IMG/VR virus record: IMGVR_UViG_3300010396_000009
Coordinates: 11,232-75,231 of that record
Source: a virus
DNA: 64,000 bases
Reading direction: 5' to 3' (one strand)
Positions 47,501 through 54,834 of this stretch are shown one piece after another. The notes beneath the pieces were generated by a model. That model worked only from the letters and a program-made list of their open reading frames with translations. It was not told where the DNA came from and did no database searches. The position numbers were made by a program, and so were the translations under genes. Position 1 is the stretch's first letter. Each line of letters opens with the position of its first letter.

Positions 47501-48748
47501 CTTCCACGCAGATTTTCTTCTGCGCATCTCAAAGATGCCGAAGTTCCGGAGCTCAACTCGCTGACCGTTTAATAGCGCCAGCGCGATCTTATCAAGGACA
47601 GCAGAGACAACTGGCCTTGTGCGCGCCTGTGCAAAGCCGAGCTCTTCAGAGATAGCAAGGTACAAAGCGCGCTTAGTCAAGGTCGAGCCAGCGACGGAAA
47701 CGTCGAAGTCCATGCTAATCGGCGTAAGCGATGCAGCGTACCTCAAGCCAGGTGGTTCAACGACCTTATAGTGAATAATGCCCATCTTATGAAGCTCTTG
47801 CATCACCTTGTCATGAATGAGAAGATGCACCACGGAGGGACTAGCATGCGGATCTTTTTTCCACATCTCAGTCGCTATTGGCTTCAGATGTTTCTTGTAC
47901 AGCTTTGTTATCAGCTTAGCGATTTTCTCTGAATCTTGAGGATAGTTAGGTCCAGGTTTGGCCAGGTGAGAGACACCCTTATGATTAACTGCCTCGATCG
48001 ACCTAACTCCGGGCCAGCCGACGAAAACTTGAATATCCTGGGTGCTGAATGTGCCGCCGGCTCTCTTAGAGTTACTGGGGTGATTATGAATTATCGCGTA
48101 CTTATTCTTCTTGTCTATGGCGCCAGGAACACTTAAGTGTACGCGTCCCTTGCTGCCGTCGAACCTATGAATCACGTCTCCCTCATGATTCACTATGACC
48201 GAGTGTTCCTTTTCGCTTTTCTTGCCCTTTCTGAGCACGCTTTGCCTAGCTTTGTTTGCACCCTCAGTAAAGTGATTCTTGAATCCACTAATAGAGTGCT
48301 CAAATGCGAACGCCGGCCACTGTCCAGTCATGTTCCCGGTCATGTCTCTTCGCCTGTCGGGAAACCTCATATTTCTCTTATAGGCTCTCTTGCGAGCCTG
48401 GATCGCCGGGTCAGGGTTCTCGATGGGGCTTATGGCGCTCCCAGTGCAGCAGGGTTCGCCAGTGTTCTGCACAGTCGAGTCTATAACATGCGTCACCTTC
48501 CCCTTATACGCCTTAACAGCCTGGCGAAGAAATGAGATAAAGGTCTCATGCGAGTGCATGTATCGCGGGGCACCTTCAGAACGATCCGGCATACGAATGT
48601 GAAGCTCGAGCTCGCGCTCAGAGACCCTGTCCATTTTCAGGGGAGCCGTACCAGCGATCTTAGCCTGCATCCAGTCGATGAACTGCTTAAGAGCGCCCGG
48701 TGACCTGAATATCATGGTCAGGTGAATCGGCAGCTCGTGAGTCTTCAT
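44549..48748 (-). CDS. 1399-aa multidomain (polyvalent-type) protein: JAB/MPN domain, HU/IHF domain and about 10 small alpha/beta modules
   Basis: E...IHNHP...FSTQD (JAMM); LTKRAL...VELRNFGIFE.RRRK....NPRT...F.PSK (HU/IHF, about 47417-47683). Confidence 0.8.
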   Translation of the reverse strand: MKTHELPIHLTMIFRSPGALKQFIDWMQAKIAGTAPLKMDRVSERELELHIRMPDRSEGAPRYMHSHETFISFLRQAVKAYKGKVTHVIDSTVQNTGEPCCTGSAISPIENPDPAIQARKRAYKRNMRFPDRRRDMTGNMTGQWPAFAFEHSISGFKNHFTEGANKARQSVLRKGKKSEKEHSVIVNHEGDVIHRFDGSKGRVHLSVPGAIDKKNKYAIIHNHPSNSKRAGGTFSTQDIQVFVGWPGVRSIEAVNHKGVSHLAKPGPNYPQDSEKIAKLITKLYKKHLKPIATEMWKKDPHASPSVVHLLIHDKVMQELHKMGIIHYKVVEPPGLRYAASLTPISMDFDVSVAGSTLTKRALYLAISEELGFAQARTRPVVSAVLDKIALALLNGQRVELRNFGIFEMRRRKSAWKKNPRTKDDVFKPETFYVHFRPSKKIHEMRDVGRPFNYGGMRGMSMVDAMMALYDEKQMMRRNYPSGVNGNGVVIPPMQMPAQQQSAYRPNSSEPTEPGAKDRNSGVEAMQLYFEGEDLADEASLWLRKNGVKVKRPFPHSHKLTATGERRVINKCVQEFKGSPIPPDFGQVGVMKFAHENTRAKAFKSGQDAADMAIGSMLLKFGANAAASAALVALTAAGISAAAYGAYVLVKKLRGDKKTEVKEITKKYGGKMEPTNSSQVAASFQMDMGRAYEFVLSSVSPKYVGWLAQKLRGFGCEILSSLGRGMQKRKIKIRAYGDRGQEAVRRYAQRCGARVDVAMSYAMGLGPAEVVEFVFANSLAVAAGLAYLRSKGLAARRNGEKSILCKATEKTDAIMGRIFKEMDRKFEAGVRMVLPGTEFLPSSMVHDMLPHETRVKLQKLGKGAKHAKETVGSMPGKVGRIARALPGAVKEASRQGVKGFIPRTKGEALLAITATFATGALAVGAYQLIKKLGVQAKVIGNKIFAQTTDPSKENQVKEIIDEHSGQVKAASFMAEESPMNWEFDCKSVASAKAAYQQLVNKYHFKPLQNLYMKGKKIVVLGVKGSDIEPAVNEFAAGGIITRHPTATGTFGSKHQAPGAGPGVQPSAFTPHEETGPIPRRTDPNFHEKPIGDVFHELIIDFGGIVGATAAMRWLAKAGIFDSFADGYGRVHVVVRAALMRLLDAVVAAFRGKILKSGVTKKRPVRRAAPAPIAAPKPAPKPASKVMPKAQQRAAVVSNGGVPVQKPKKKPPVTNLEKPLHGKIKEMKKKKGKEMAFPAIAALPFLKGVGWWLIKDVGPYVATTVAADLISSGILAKVKPNGEVVAQGSPEKIEKIAKRRARTARVKKLVKEAAASHELAFPAAVKGAAHLTYMVVAFAANAYLLGKFLTELRENGIKGQKKDNDRVLVLTSDPELVKKIAEQNNAINVKVLQNESHAQSS

Positions 48749-48769
48749 AAGTGGAATATACCTAAGTGA

Positions 48770-48808
48770 CAGAGACTAGTGAACGCCTAAGCAATTCACT
48801 AGTCTCTG
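48770..48808. terminator. Perfect 14-bp hairpin (terminator or end of a structured RNA)
   Basis: CAGAGACTAGTGAA / TTCACTAGTCTCTG; no clear U-tract. Confidence 0.5.
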
Positions 48809-49121
48809 GAACTCAGCCGGTGTTAGCTCATGTACAAAGAGCCGCGGCTCAATTACTTTGCTCTAGACAAGAGGTCAGGGAATTTTATCGACCTTCGCTT
48901 CACCCTCCCGGCATCGTGAGTCAAGTGTATAAAATAGCCTCTCGGCGGATCAGAGGGCCGAGGCCTGGTGGCCCTTCCATGAATTACCGCTTTGGTTCTT
49001 TCACCGGGCGCCCATCCTACCAGCAGATGAGAACTAGTGACCTGGATGATTAGGTCGCTACCCAGCGAGGGATTTACTGTTTTACCGGCTCTCGCCTTTA
49101 CCGGTCGGGCAACGTCTGTTC

Positions 49122-49520
49122 CTAACTCTGCGCTAGCACCATCCTTACCTTGCACGCGGCTGTGTTGCTCCTTCCGTAAATCGCGACGCTGGGAGCCCAC
49201 GGAAACAGCGCAGGGAGCCCGGCATTGCCGTTGCTTCCCGGATAGAGCCGGGCAAACGGGTAAAAAGTCGCCGAGACAACTAATCCAAGGTCACAGTAGT
49301 TCGCCTGGTCCAAGTTCTGGAACTTGACCATCCCCTCCTGACCGCTCGTCACGGCGCCGATCGGAATCAGAGTTCCGCCGGACGTCGTGGGAATAGAGAC
49401 GATGTCCGGGTGCGACACAGGACCGTTCGCCTGATTGGCCTGCATCGACGTGGGCCAGGACTCGATCAGAGGCGGATTGTTGATCTGCAGGTTCGCTGTT
49501 ATCGTAAGCTCGTTGGCCAC
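49122..49520 (-). CDS. Beta-rich virion structural protein (putative)
   Basis: GTG start with CAGGAGG RBS; MANELTITANLQ N-terminus. Confidence 0.6.
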   Translation of the reverse strand: MANELTITANLQINNPPLIESWPTSMQANQANGPVSHPDIVSIPTTSGGTLIPIGAVTSGQEGMVKFQNLDQANYCDLGLVVSATFYPFARLYPGSNGNAGLPALFPWAPSVAIYGRSNTAACKVRMVLAQS

Positions 49521-49880
49521 TTATACCTCCTGTATAGAAAAATCTAACTGATGAAACGCAGAGTCCTTCGAGCCGCGGCCGCGCCCCTGAGCTTTCTTGC
49601 CTCCAGGGAGAAGCCTCTGTCGTAACATCCGAGTTACTTCTCGGATGTTACTCCTGGTCATCAGCTTATAGGTGACCCTGAGCGTACTATCTGATTGTAT
49701 CTTCCCAGCGAAGCCCATGCTCGCCAATATACCGGCGATCTGCTTGTCCTGAGCAGGGTCTTCCGTAAACCAGGATATGACATAGCTGTGATCAGTGGGT
49801 GCATACCGACGACCGGACGTGTCATGGGCCTGGTATGGCTCGTACTTGTAGGGCTCGCCGGGTATTGACTTTCGCGGCAT
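49521..49880 (-). CDS. Hypothetical protein with one alpha/beta repeat module
   Basis: Collinear, abutting neighbours. Confidence 0.6.
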   Translation of the reverse strand: MPRKSIPGEPYKYEPYQAHDTSGRRYAPTDHSYVISWFTEDPAQDKQIAGILASMGFAGKIQSDSTLRVTYKLMTRSNIREVTRMLRQRLLPGGKKAQGRGRGSKDSAFHQLDFSIQEV

Positions 49881-50243
49881 TTATTTCTTCGGCTGTGATG
49901 ATGCCAGCTTAGATTCGATGAGAGCCAGGATCTGCTGCTTCTGGTCCTCGGTGAAGCCCTTGGGCGCGGGTGCAGCGGTGACTTCTGGCCAGTGCCAGCT
50001 CATTGGACGCTGCGCGGTCTGATCCTCTGGGATCCCCTGAATGCCGGGCGACGGTCCGCCCATTGGGTCCCAAAGTCCGATATTAAGCAATGTACCGTCC
50101 TTGGCCGGGTCAGAGCGATGGGCTCCCGGCGGATGAACGTATGTGACTATCGCAGGAACATGTTCCGGGCTGTTGGGGTACAGGCGAACGTGGATGATGC
50201 GACCGATTGTGGGAGTTTGAGACATTGACATAGGACCTTTCAA
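49881..50243 (-). CDS. Conserved-looking phage hypothetical protein
   Basis: PTIGRIIH...PAIVT...SWHWP pattern. Confidence 0.65.
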   Translation of the reverse strand: MKGPMSMSQTPTIGRIIHVRLYPNSPEHVPAIVTYVHPPGAHRSDPAKDGTLLNIGLWDPMGGPSPGIQGIPEDQTAQRPMSWHWPEVTAAPAPKGFTEDQKQQILALIESKLASSQPKK

Positions 50244-50689
50244 TTATAGAGATCTACTACTCGAGTACCTACTACGTGCTTTCCATCTGGGCCGCGTATA
50301 TCAAACTCTATCTTCTTGGTGTGGCTATGAGCCCAGTGACGGATAAAAGACTCTGCGTACTGCATCCCGGACGCTGTGCACTCTACGTAGATGCTCTCAT
50401 CCACCGTTAAGTCATATATTCTTATGAAGCTGTGAACGAAGGCCTCGCTCATGGCAAAGCCCCGCTTATCGAAATTTTTTGGTGTCTTCTTGGGCAGCTT
50501 GATAAGACCCATCTTTATCAGAGTCTCCCCATGATCATCACCATGACAGCTGATCCAGCTGCCTGATGGAGTTAACCATCCTGAGTCAGTGCCGATGCTC
50601 ACACCGCTAAGCGATACCTCACGCTGCTTAATAGCAGACATTACTCTGCGATGCTTATAATACTGCTGATGCCGCGAGAAGCCAGACAT
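50240..50689 (-). CDS. Hypothetical protein (GWLxPxG...H...FIRI type)
   Basis: GWLTPSG...H motif after a basic leader ending EVSLS. Confidence 0.6.
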   Translation of the reverse strand: MSGFSRHQQYYKHRRVMSAIKQREVSLSGVSIGTDSGWLTPSGSWISCHGDDHGETLIKMGLIKLPKKTPKNFDKRGFAMSEAFVHSFIRIYDLTVDESIYVECTASGMQYAESFIRHWAHSHTKKIEFDIRGPDGKHVVGTRVVDLYN

Positions 50690-50691
50690 GC

Positions 50692-51645
50692 TTAAAGTGT
50701 TACTCCGGTTACTCGACGAACGACGTGGCTGTAGGACATCTTATGATCACAGCTATTACAGTTCGGCAAATCGCGCCTCTTGTCCTGCAGATGGGCGCGG
50801 TAGCGAAACATGATCTCTGAGTTCCATACCTGATCAATAGTTTGATGATTCAAATCACCGATGAATACCGCATCGTCCTGTGTCTGGTCAATCGCGCAGC
50901 AGAGCGGCACTCGCCCATCATATTGGATGACGAGATGTCGATGCGGCCTGGCGCAGTGCGTCTGCGGGGCGCTTGCGGCGTGTCCCTTTGAGTGGAAGCT
51001 GTCGAACGAGTGAGCGTTCTCTGGGCGATCACTGCGCATGTCACTGATGCAAAGAAAGCGACCGCGAGAATTATGACGGCGATACTTATGATCAGTACGA
51101 CACCACAGATCATGAGCTCGCCCAGTGCTGTCAATGCTCTCATACAGTTCCTTCTGCTTGATCCCGGCATCACCAAGATCATAGATGTTTAGGTTGATCA
51201 CGTTGACGCCAGAGTCAAAGATATCGGTGATCCGGTCAACCATCGCTATTATTTGGTCTCGCGGGCCTCTGGTGATCGTGTCTCCGTTCGTCGAGACATA
51301 GATAGTGCAGTCAGGGCAAGCTCGGCGAAGACGCATAGCCCAGCTAGAATCATCAGACGAAAACAGTCGCTTGTCAAGAGTAGGCTCGTTTAGTAAAAAC
51401 AATTGGATGCATCCATCGAACTGATGCTCGCGCAGCTGATCACAGATGCTCGTGAACAGCTCCTCGCTCATCAATTTTTGATTGGGCCTGGGAATGTCAC
51501 CACCGAATCCGCTGATGGGACAGAAACTGCAGCGTCGATTGCAGTAGGCGCTCGTCTCAATACTGAAGCGATTTGGCCAGGGATAGAACTCCCCTTTTGA
51601 GAAGTCCACCGGCGGCTCGTGCATCACGTCGAAAAATGAAGCCAT
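50692..51645 (-). CDS. Radical SAM/SPASM domain protein
   Basis: CNRRCSFC, NEP, STNG; SPASM-type C..P....I.YDG.V..CC...C..C. Confidence 0.85.
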   Translation of the reverse strand: MASFFDVMHEPPVDFSKGEFYPWPNRFSIETSAYCNRRCSFCPISGFGGDIPRPNQKLMSEELFTSICDQLREHQFDGCIQLFLLNEPTLDKRLFSSDDSSWAMRLRRACPDCTIYVSTNGDTITRGPRDQIIAMVDRITDIFDSGVNVINLNIYDLGDAGIKQKELYESIDSTGRAHDLWCRTDHKYRRHNSRGRFLCISDMRSDRPENAHSFDSFHSKGHAASAPQTHCARPHRHLVIQYDGRVPLCCAIDQTQDDAVFIGDLNHQTIDQVWNSEIMFRYRAHLQDKRRDLPNCNSCDHKMSYSHVVRRVTGVTL

Positions 51646-51797
51646 TACTTCCCCAGAAGGATCAGCACCCCGGCAGATAAGGCTAGGAGTCCCATGATAA
51701 TGTGCTCGGCCTCGAACCGAAAGTTAGTCAACGACAAGATCCCAGTCAAGATCAGCCATACGCACAGAAGAATAACACCAAATGATCTGTTGCTCAT
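51645..51797 (-). CDS. Small two-TM membrane protein (50 aa)
   Basis: GGAG RBS; MSNRSFGVILLCVWLILTG...LALSAGVLILLGK. Confidence 0.7.
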   Translation of the reverse strand: MSNRSFGVILLCVWLILTGILSLTNFRFEAEHIIMGLLALSAGVLILLGK

Positions 51798-51806
51798 GAT
51801 AACTCC

Positions 51807-51835
51807 ATTATAATGATTATTCTTCGCTTTGTACA
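51807..51835 (-). promoter_or_regulatory. Promoter TGTACA-17nt-TATAAT
   Basis: Exact spacing, upstream of the small membrane protein gene. Confidence 0.6.
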
Positions 51836-52536
51836 GCTGCTTCCTCTGGATTAGAGGGAATCGTCTCATCCATGGCGATGGCATCTCTGTCAGGCGTAAG
51901 CGATGTGCCCTCCACGTCGATGCCCTTCACAGAGAGCTTGGTCCGGATCAGCTCCTCGAATTCCTTCACGCGATAGTCGTCGCCCCACACCTCCCAGGCC
52001 GAGTGAGCGATGGCGGAGATCACGGATGTCATGGCCTGGGCGAAGGCGCCGTTGAGCCGGGTCTTCAGCTCCTGGATGTCACCGGCTTTGCCGGCCATGT
52101 CGGCGACCTCACGAAGCTTCGATGACATCATTTGGCCAGTGAGGAGCTTCATCTCTGTGATCTTGGCCTCAGTTTCAGGAGTGACAGGCATCTCCAGTAC
52201 CTTGGCGTACTCGGCCACGGCGTCCCCGGCAGTTATGCGCATCAGGGACAATTCTTCGGTGAGGTCCAGGTTGTCGAGCGAGCCCATCTCCTCAACGACC
52301 TCCTCCATTTTCGCCGCCAGCGTGGGGCGAAGTGACTTAAGATAGAATCGAGACATGTATCTTCCCCTGTGCCCCTTATGGTCCGCCGAGTACATGTGCT
52401 GGCTGCATCTGGGCGGATCAGAGTCAGCCTCGGATTCATAGCGGCACCGGCGCCCCTTCAGAGAAGACGTCACCATGGCGGTGCAGCGCTCGACTGTGCT
52501 GTAGCGATTGTGAAGGGTCCTGGTTACGTCGCTCAT
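51817..52536 (-). CDS. Terminase small subunit (putative)
   Basis: N-terminal RC...RC...C..H finger, LDLTEELSLMR helix; upstream of the packaging/head operon. Confidence 0.5.
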   Translation of the reverse strand: MSDVTRTLHNRYSTVERCTAMVTSSLKGRRCRYESEADSDPPRCSQHMYSADHKGHRGRYMSRFYLKSLRPTLAAKMEEVVEEMGSLDNLDLTEELSLMRITAGDAVAEYAKVLEMPVTPETEAKITEMKLLTGQMMSSKLREVADMAGKAGDIQELKTRLNGAFAQAMTSVISAIAHSAWEVWGDDYRVKEFEELIRTKLSVKGIDVEGTSLTPDRDAIAMDETIPSNPEEAAVQSEE

Positions 52537-52545
52537 CTTATTTCC

Positions 52546-53067
52546 CTAGGCTAAGCACAGCTCCCTGGCTAATTCAAGAGCCTCCTGATACCGCGTCTTC
52601 ATCTGCCCTATTGTAAGGGGTGGATCGTAGTGATCTGCGATTTCTCGCAAGGTGCAGTTCTGCAGTAGGTGCCACCTGAGGATGTTAGCCGCCTCCTTAG
52701 GTAATGAGTCCAGGACAAGCGACACCTCAGCTATGGTCTCAGCTGTCTTAACTGTGGCGCCGTCGTCTCCAGAGTCATGCTCCGTCAGATCAACTGGCGG
52801 AGGAACATACTTATAGCACCTGCGATGCACCCACTTGTGAGCATACCAGCGAATATTGGCGCACAGATGCGTGATGGGGAGCACATTCCTCGACGGATCA
52901 TACGTCTCCATGATAGCGTGCGCCCTGCTGATCACCACATCGCTGTACATCTCGTCCAGTTCGTCACGACGCTCGGCTGGGAGGCGACGACGAATCTCCC
53001 TCTTGAGGAGTCGCTCGTTCTGAGCAATAAGCTGCCAGACCTCGTCCTGAGTCATGATCTCAATCAT
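52546..53067 (-). CDS. Sigma-70/ECF-like RNA polymerase sigma factor
   Basis: Region-2-like ETYDPSR..ITH....IRW; region 4 LDSLP.....IL.......TLREIA. Confidence 0.7.
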   Translation of the reverse strand: MIEIMTQDEVWQLIAQNERLLKREIRRRLPAERRDELDEMYSDVVISRAHAIMETYDPSRNVLPITHLCANIRWYAHKWVHRRCYKYVPPPVDLTEHDSGDDGATVKTAETIAEVSLVLDSLPKEAANILRWHLLQNCTLREIADHYDPPLTIGQMKTRYQEALELARELCLA

Positions 53068-53105
53068 TGAGGACCAATCATAGCCACGTCATATGGCTTA
53101 TATAC

Positions 53106-53318
53106 CTAGATTCGTTTCTTCTCCATTTGGTCAGCATACTCCCGAAGCAGTCGTGGAATCGCCTGGCGATTTATGTTCCCGGTATGGGCCATGTGCCCAG
53201 TATCATCGACGATGAGCATGAAGAACAGGTTCTCGTTGCCCATCACCGATTGTATGGCCATGGCCGTGGATGACAAGACCTTGGCCTTGTTTTCGTGAGA
53301 TAACTGCGAGAGTTTCAT
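53106..53318 (-). CDS. Small hypothetical protein
   Basis: Collinear ORF. Confidence 0.55.
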   Translation of the reverse strand: MKLSQLSHENKAKVLSSTAMAIQSVMGNENLFFMLIVDDTGHMAHTGNINRQAIPRLLREYADQMEKKRI

Positions 53319-53323
53319 TGCTA

Positions 53324-53593
53324 TTAATACCCTTTTTCGAAGATCATCTCTGTCGTGGTAAGCATTCCGATAAAGCGCCAGCCATACTTAATTCGAAGCA
53401 TGGTCAGAGCCATGGCGACTCGCTGAGTATAGGAGTGCTCAGTGGGGTCTCCCATTAGTGGGACTCCAACGTTCAGTGTCGAGATAACACCATAGCCATA
53501 GATAACACCATAGCCATAGAATGTCCTACCCTCTAAGTTATCTATTTGACACTTGTCCAGCTCATCGACTATCTTCTTAAGATTGTTGTTCAT
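53324..53593 (-). CDS. Hypothetical protein with an 18-bp tandem duplication (YGYGVI x2)
   Basis: Start MNNNLKK coupled to the thyX stop. Confidence 0.55.
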   Translation of the reverse strand: MNNNLKKIVDELDKCQIDNLEGRTFYGYGVIYGYGVISTLNVGVPLMGDPTEHSYTQRVAMALTMLRIKYGWRFIGMLTTTEMIFEKGY

Positions 53594-54525
53594 TCTGGTG
53601 CGCACTCGTTCTGAAACGTCTTCCTGTACTGCCACCAACCGCGGAAGTTTCCACTGGTCTTGACTTCGCTCATCGCCTGCGCCACGTGCTCGGTGGGAGC
53701 CCAGTGGCCGAAGCCAGAGCCGCGGCGAAGCTTTGAGGCTAGCTCCAGATCCTTGCGCCAGTCCCTGATACCGTCGTGCGTGAGATAACTGACGCGGGCC
53801 ACGCGAGCAGCTGATACGGCGCACATGAACTCTTCAATCAACGCGCCGGAGTCGCCAGCAAGTCCCTTGTCGCACGCGATCTGCGAAATCGGGAACCCGT
53901 CGAAGCACTTGTCACTGGAGTCGAATGCGGCACTCATCTCCTCACGAAGCTTTTCCTCGTCTACGCCTGTAACGTACGGCCGGTGCCACTCGCCGGTCTC
54001 CCGCGGTAGCGGGTTGCTGGCGAGCATCGCTTCGCGCCACATGTACGCGATCTTCGCAATGTGCGGCTCCGCGTCCTCGTGGCACCTCAACCTGAAGAAG
54101 TTCTGCCAGTCGGTGCCCGTGACGATGACCATGATCCACATCCAGGGCTCGACTATGCGGTTGCATAGTGACTTGTGCAGCCCGCGACTGCTCATGGCCC
54201 TGGCCCATGCTACCGCGTCGTCGCGGGCCATGAGCCAGTCCCGCTGGCAGTTGTGGGTGTCGCCAAGCGATAGCTCCGCGCCCTGCTGCATGCCCTTAGC
54301 CTCGGAACCCCACCGGATCGGGATCACGGGGTCTTCCTCGACCTGCCGGAGCATCTTCGCCAGGGGGATAGCACGGCTGCTCGCGGATGAGCGTGACAGC
54401 GCCCTGTGTGTCAGCAGCTCGCTGTGCACGAACCGCGGATACGTGAGCACCCCGGTAGTCAAGCGAACACCACACGGAGCGATGCTGTCAAGTAATACCT
54501 CAGCTTTGTAAGCCATTCTAATCAT
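53590..54525 (-). CDS. thyX: FAD-dependent thymidylate synthase ThyX-like
   Basis: PRFVHSELLTHRALSRSSASSRAIP, HKSLCNR, NFFRLRC, ARVARVSY, HWAPTEHVA. Confidence 0.85.
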   Translation of the reverse strand: MIRMAYKAEVLLDSIAPCGVRLTTGVLTYPRFVHSELLTHRALSRSSASSRAIPLAKMLRQVEEDPVIPIRWGSEAKGMQQGAELSLGDTHNCQRDWLMARDDAVAWARAMSSRGLHKSLCNRIVEPWMWIMVIVTGTDWQNFFRLRCHEDAEPHIAKIAYMWREAMLASNPLPRETGEWHRPYVTGVDEEKLREEMSAAFDSSDKCFDGFPISQIACDKGLAGDSGALIEEFMCAVSAARVARVSYLTHDGIRDWRKDLELASKLRRGSGFGHWAPTEHVAQAMSEVKTSGNFRGWWQYRKTFQNECAPE

Positions 54526-54531
54526 CCTTTC

Positions 54532-54834
54532 TCATGATATAGAGTCCTCGACTTCCTTTACTCTTCGCCTGGTATAAGTTCTCTTGATCTCCTGCCCAGG
54601 ATCACGAGGATCGTCCGGGCTCGTCATCCTCGTAGGATTCGTGTCACCTCGGCACCAGCACAGATACCAGGCATTGCTATTCTCCTCTAATTGACTTAGG
54701 TTCGGGGTGGACCCTTGGCGCTCTGCCTTGCACTGCGGGCAGCGATATACTGCGGTAACTAATTGCACAGTTCTGGCTCCAGGTGAGTCCTCGCAGATAA
54801 GACAAGGTCCATTAATGCAGCCGGCGTGATCCAC
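54532..54834 (-). CDS. Zinc-ribbon-like hypothetical protein (true start probably about 54770)
   Basis: YRCPQC...CWC. Confidence 0.45.
   Translation of the reverse strand: MDHAGCINGPCLICEDSPGARTVQLVTAVYRCPQCKAERQGSTPNLSQLEENSNAWYLCWCRGDTNPTRMTSPDDPRDPGQEIKRTYTRRRVKEVEDSIS

Noticed and set aside
48770-49120. tRNA or tmRNA
   Set aside because: No T-loop GTTCRA or acceptor-stem/CCA pattern recognised here or in other gaps.
53482-53520. 18-bp tandem duplication
   Set aside because: A simple in-frame duplication (YGYGVI x2) with no sign of a larger system.
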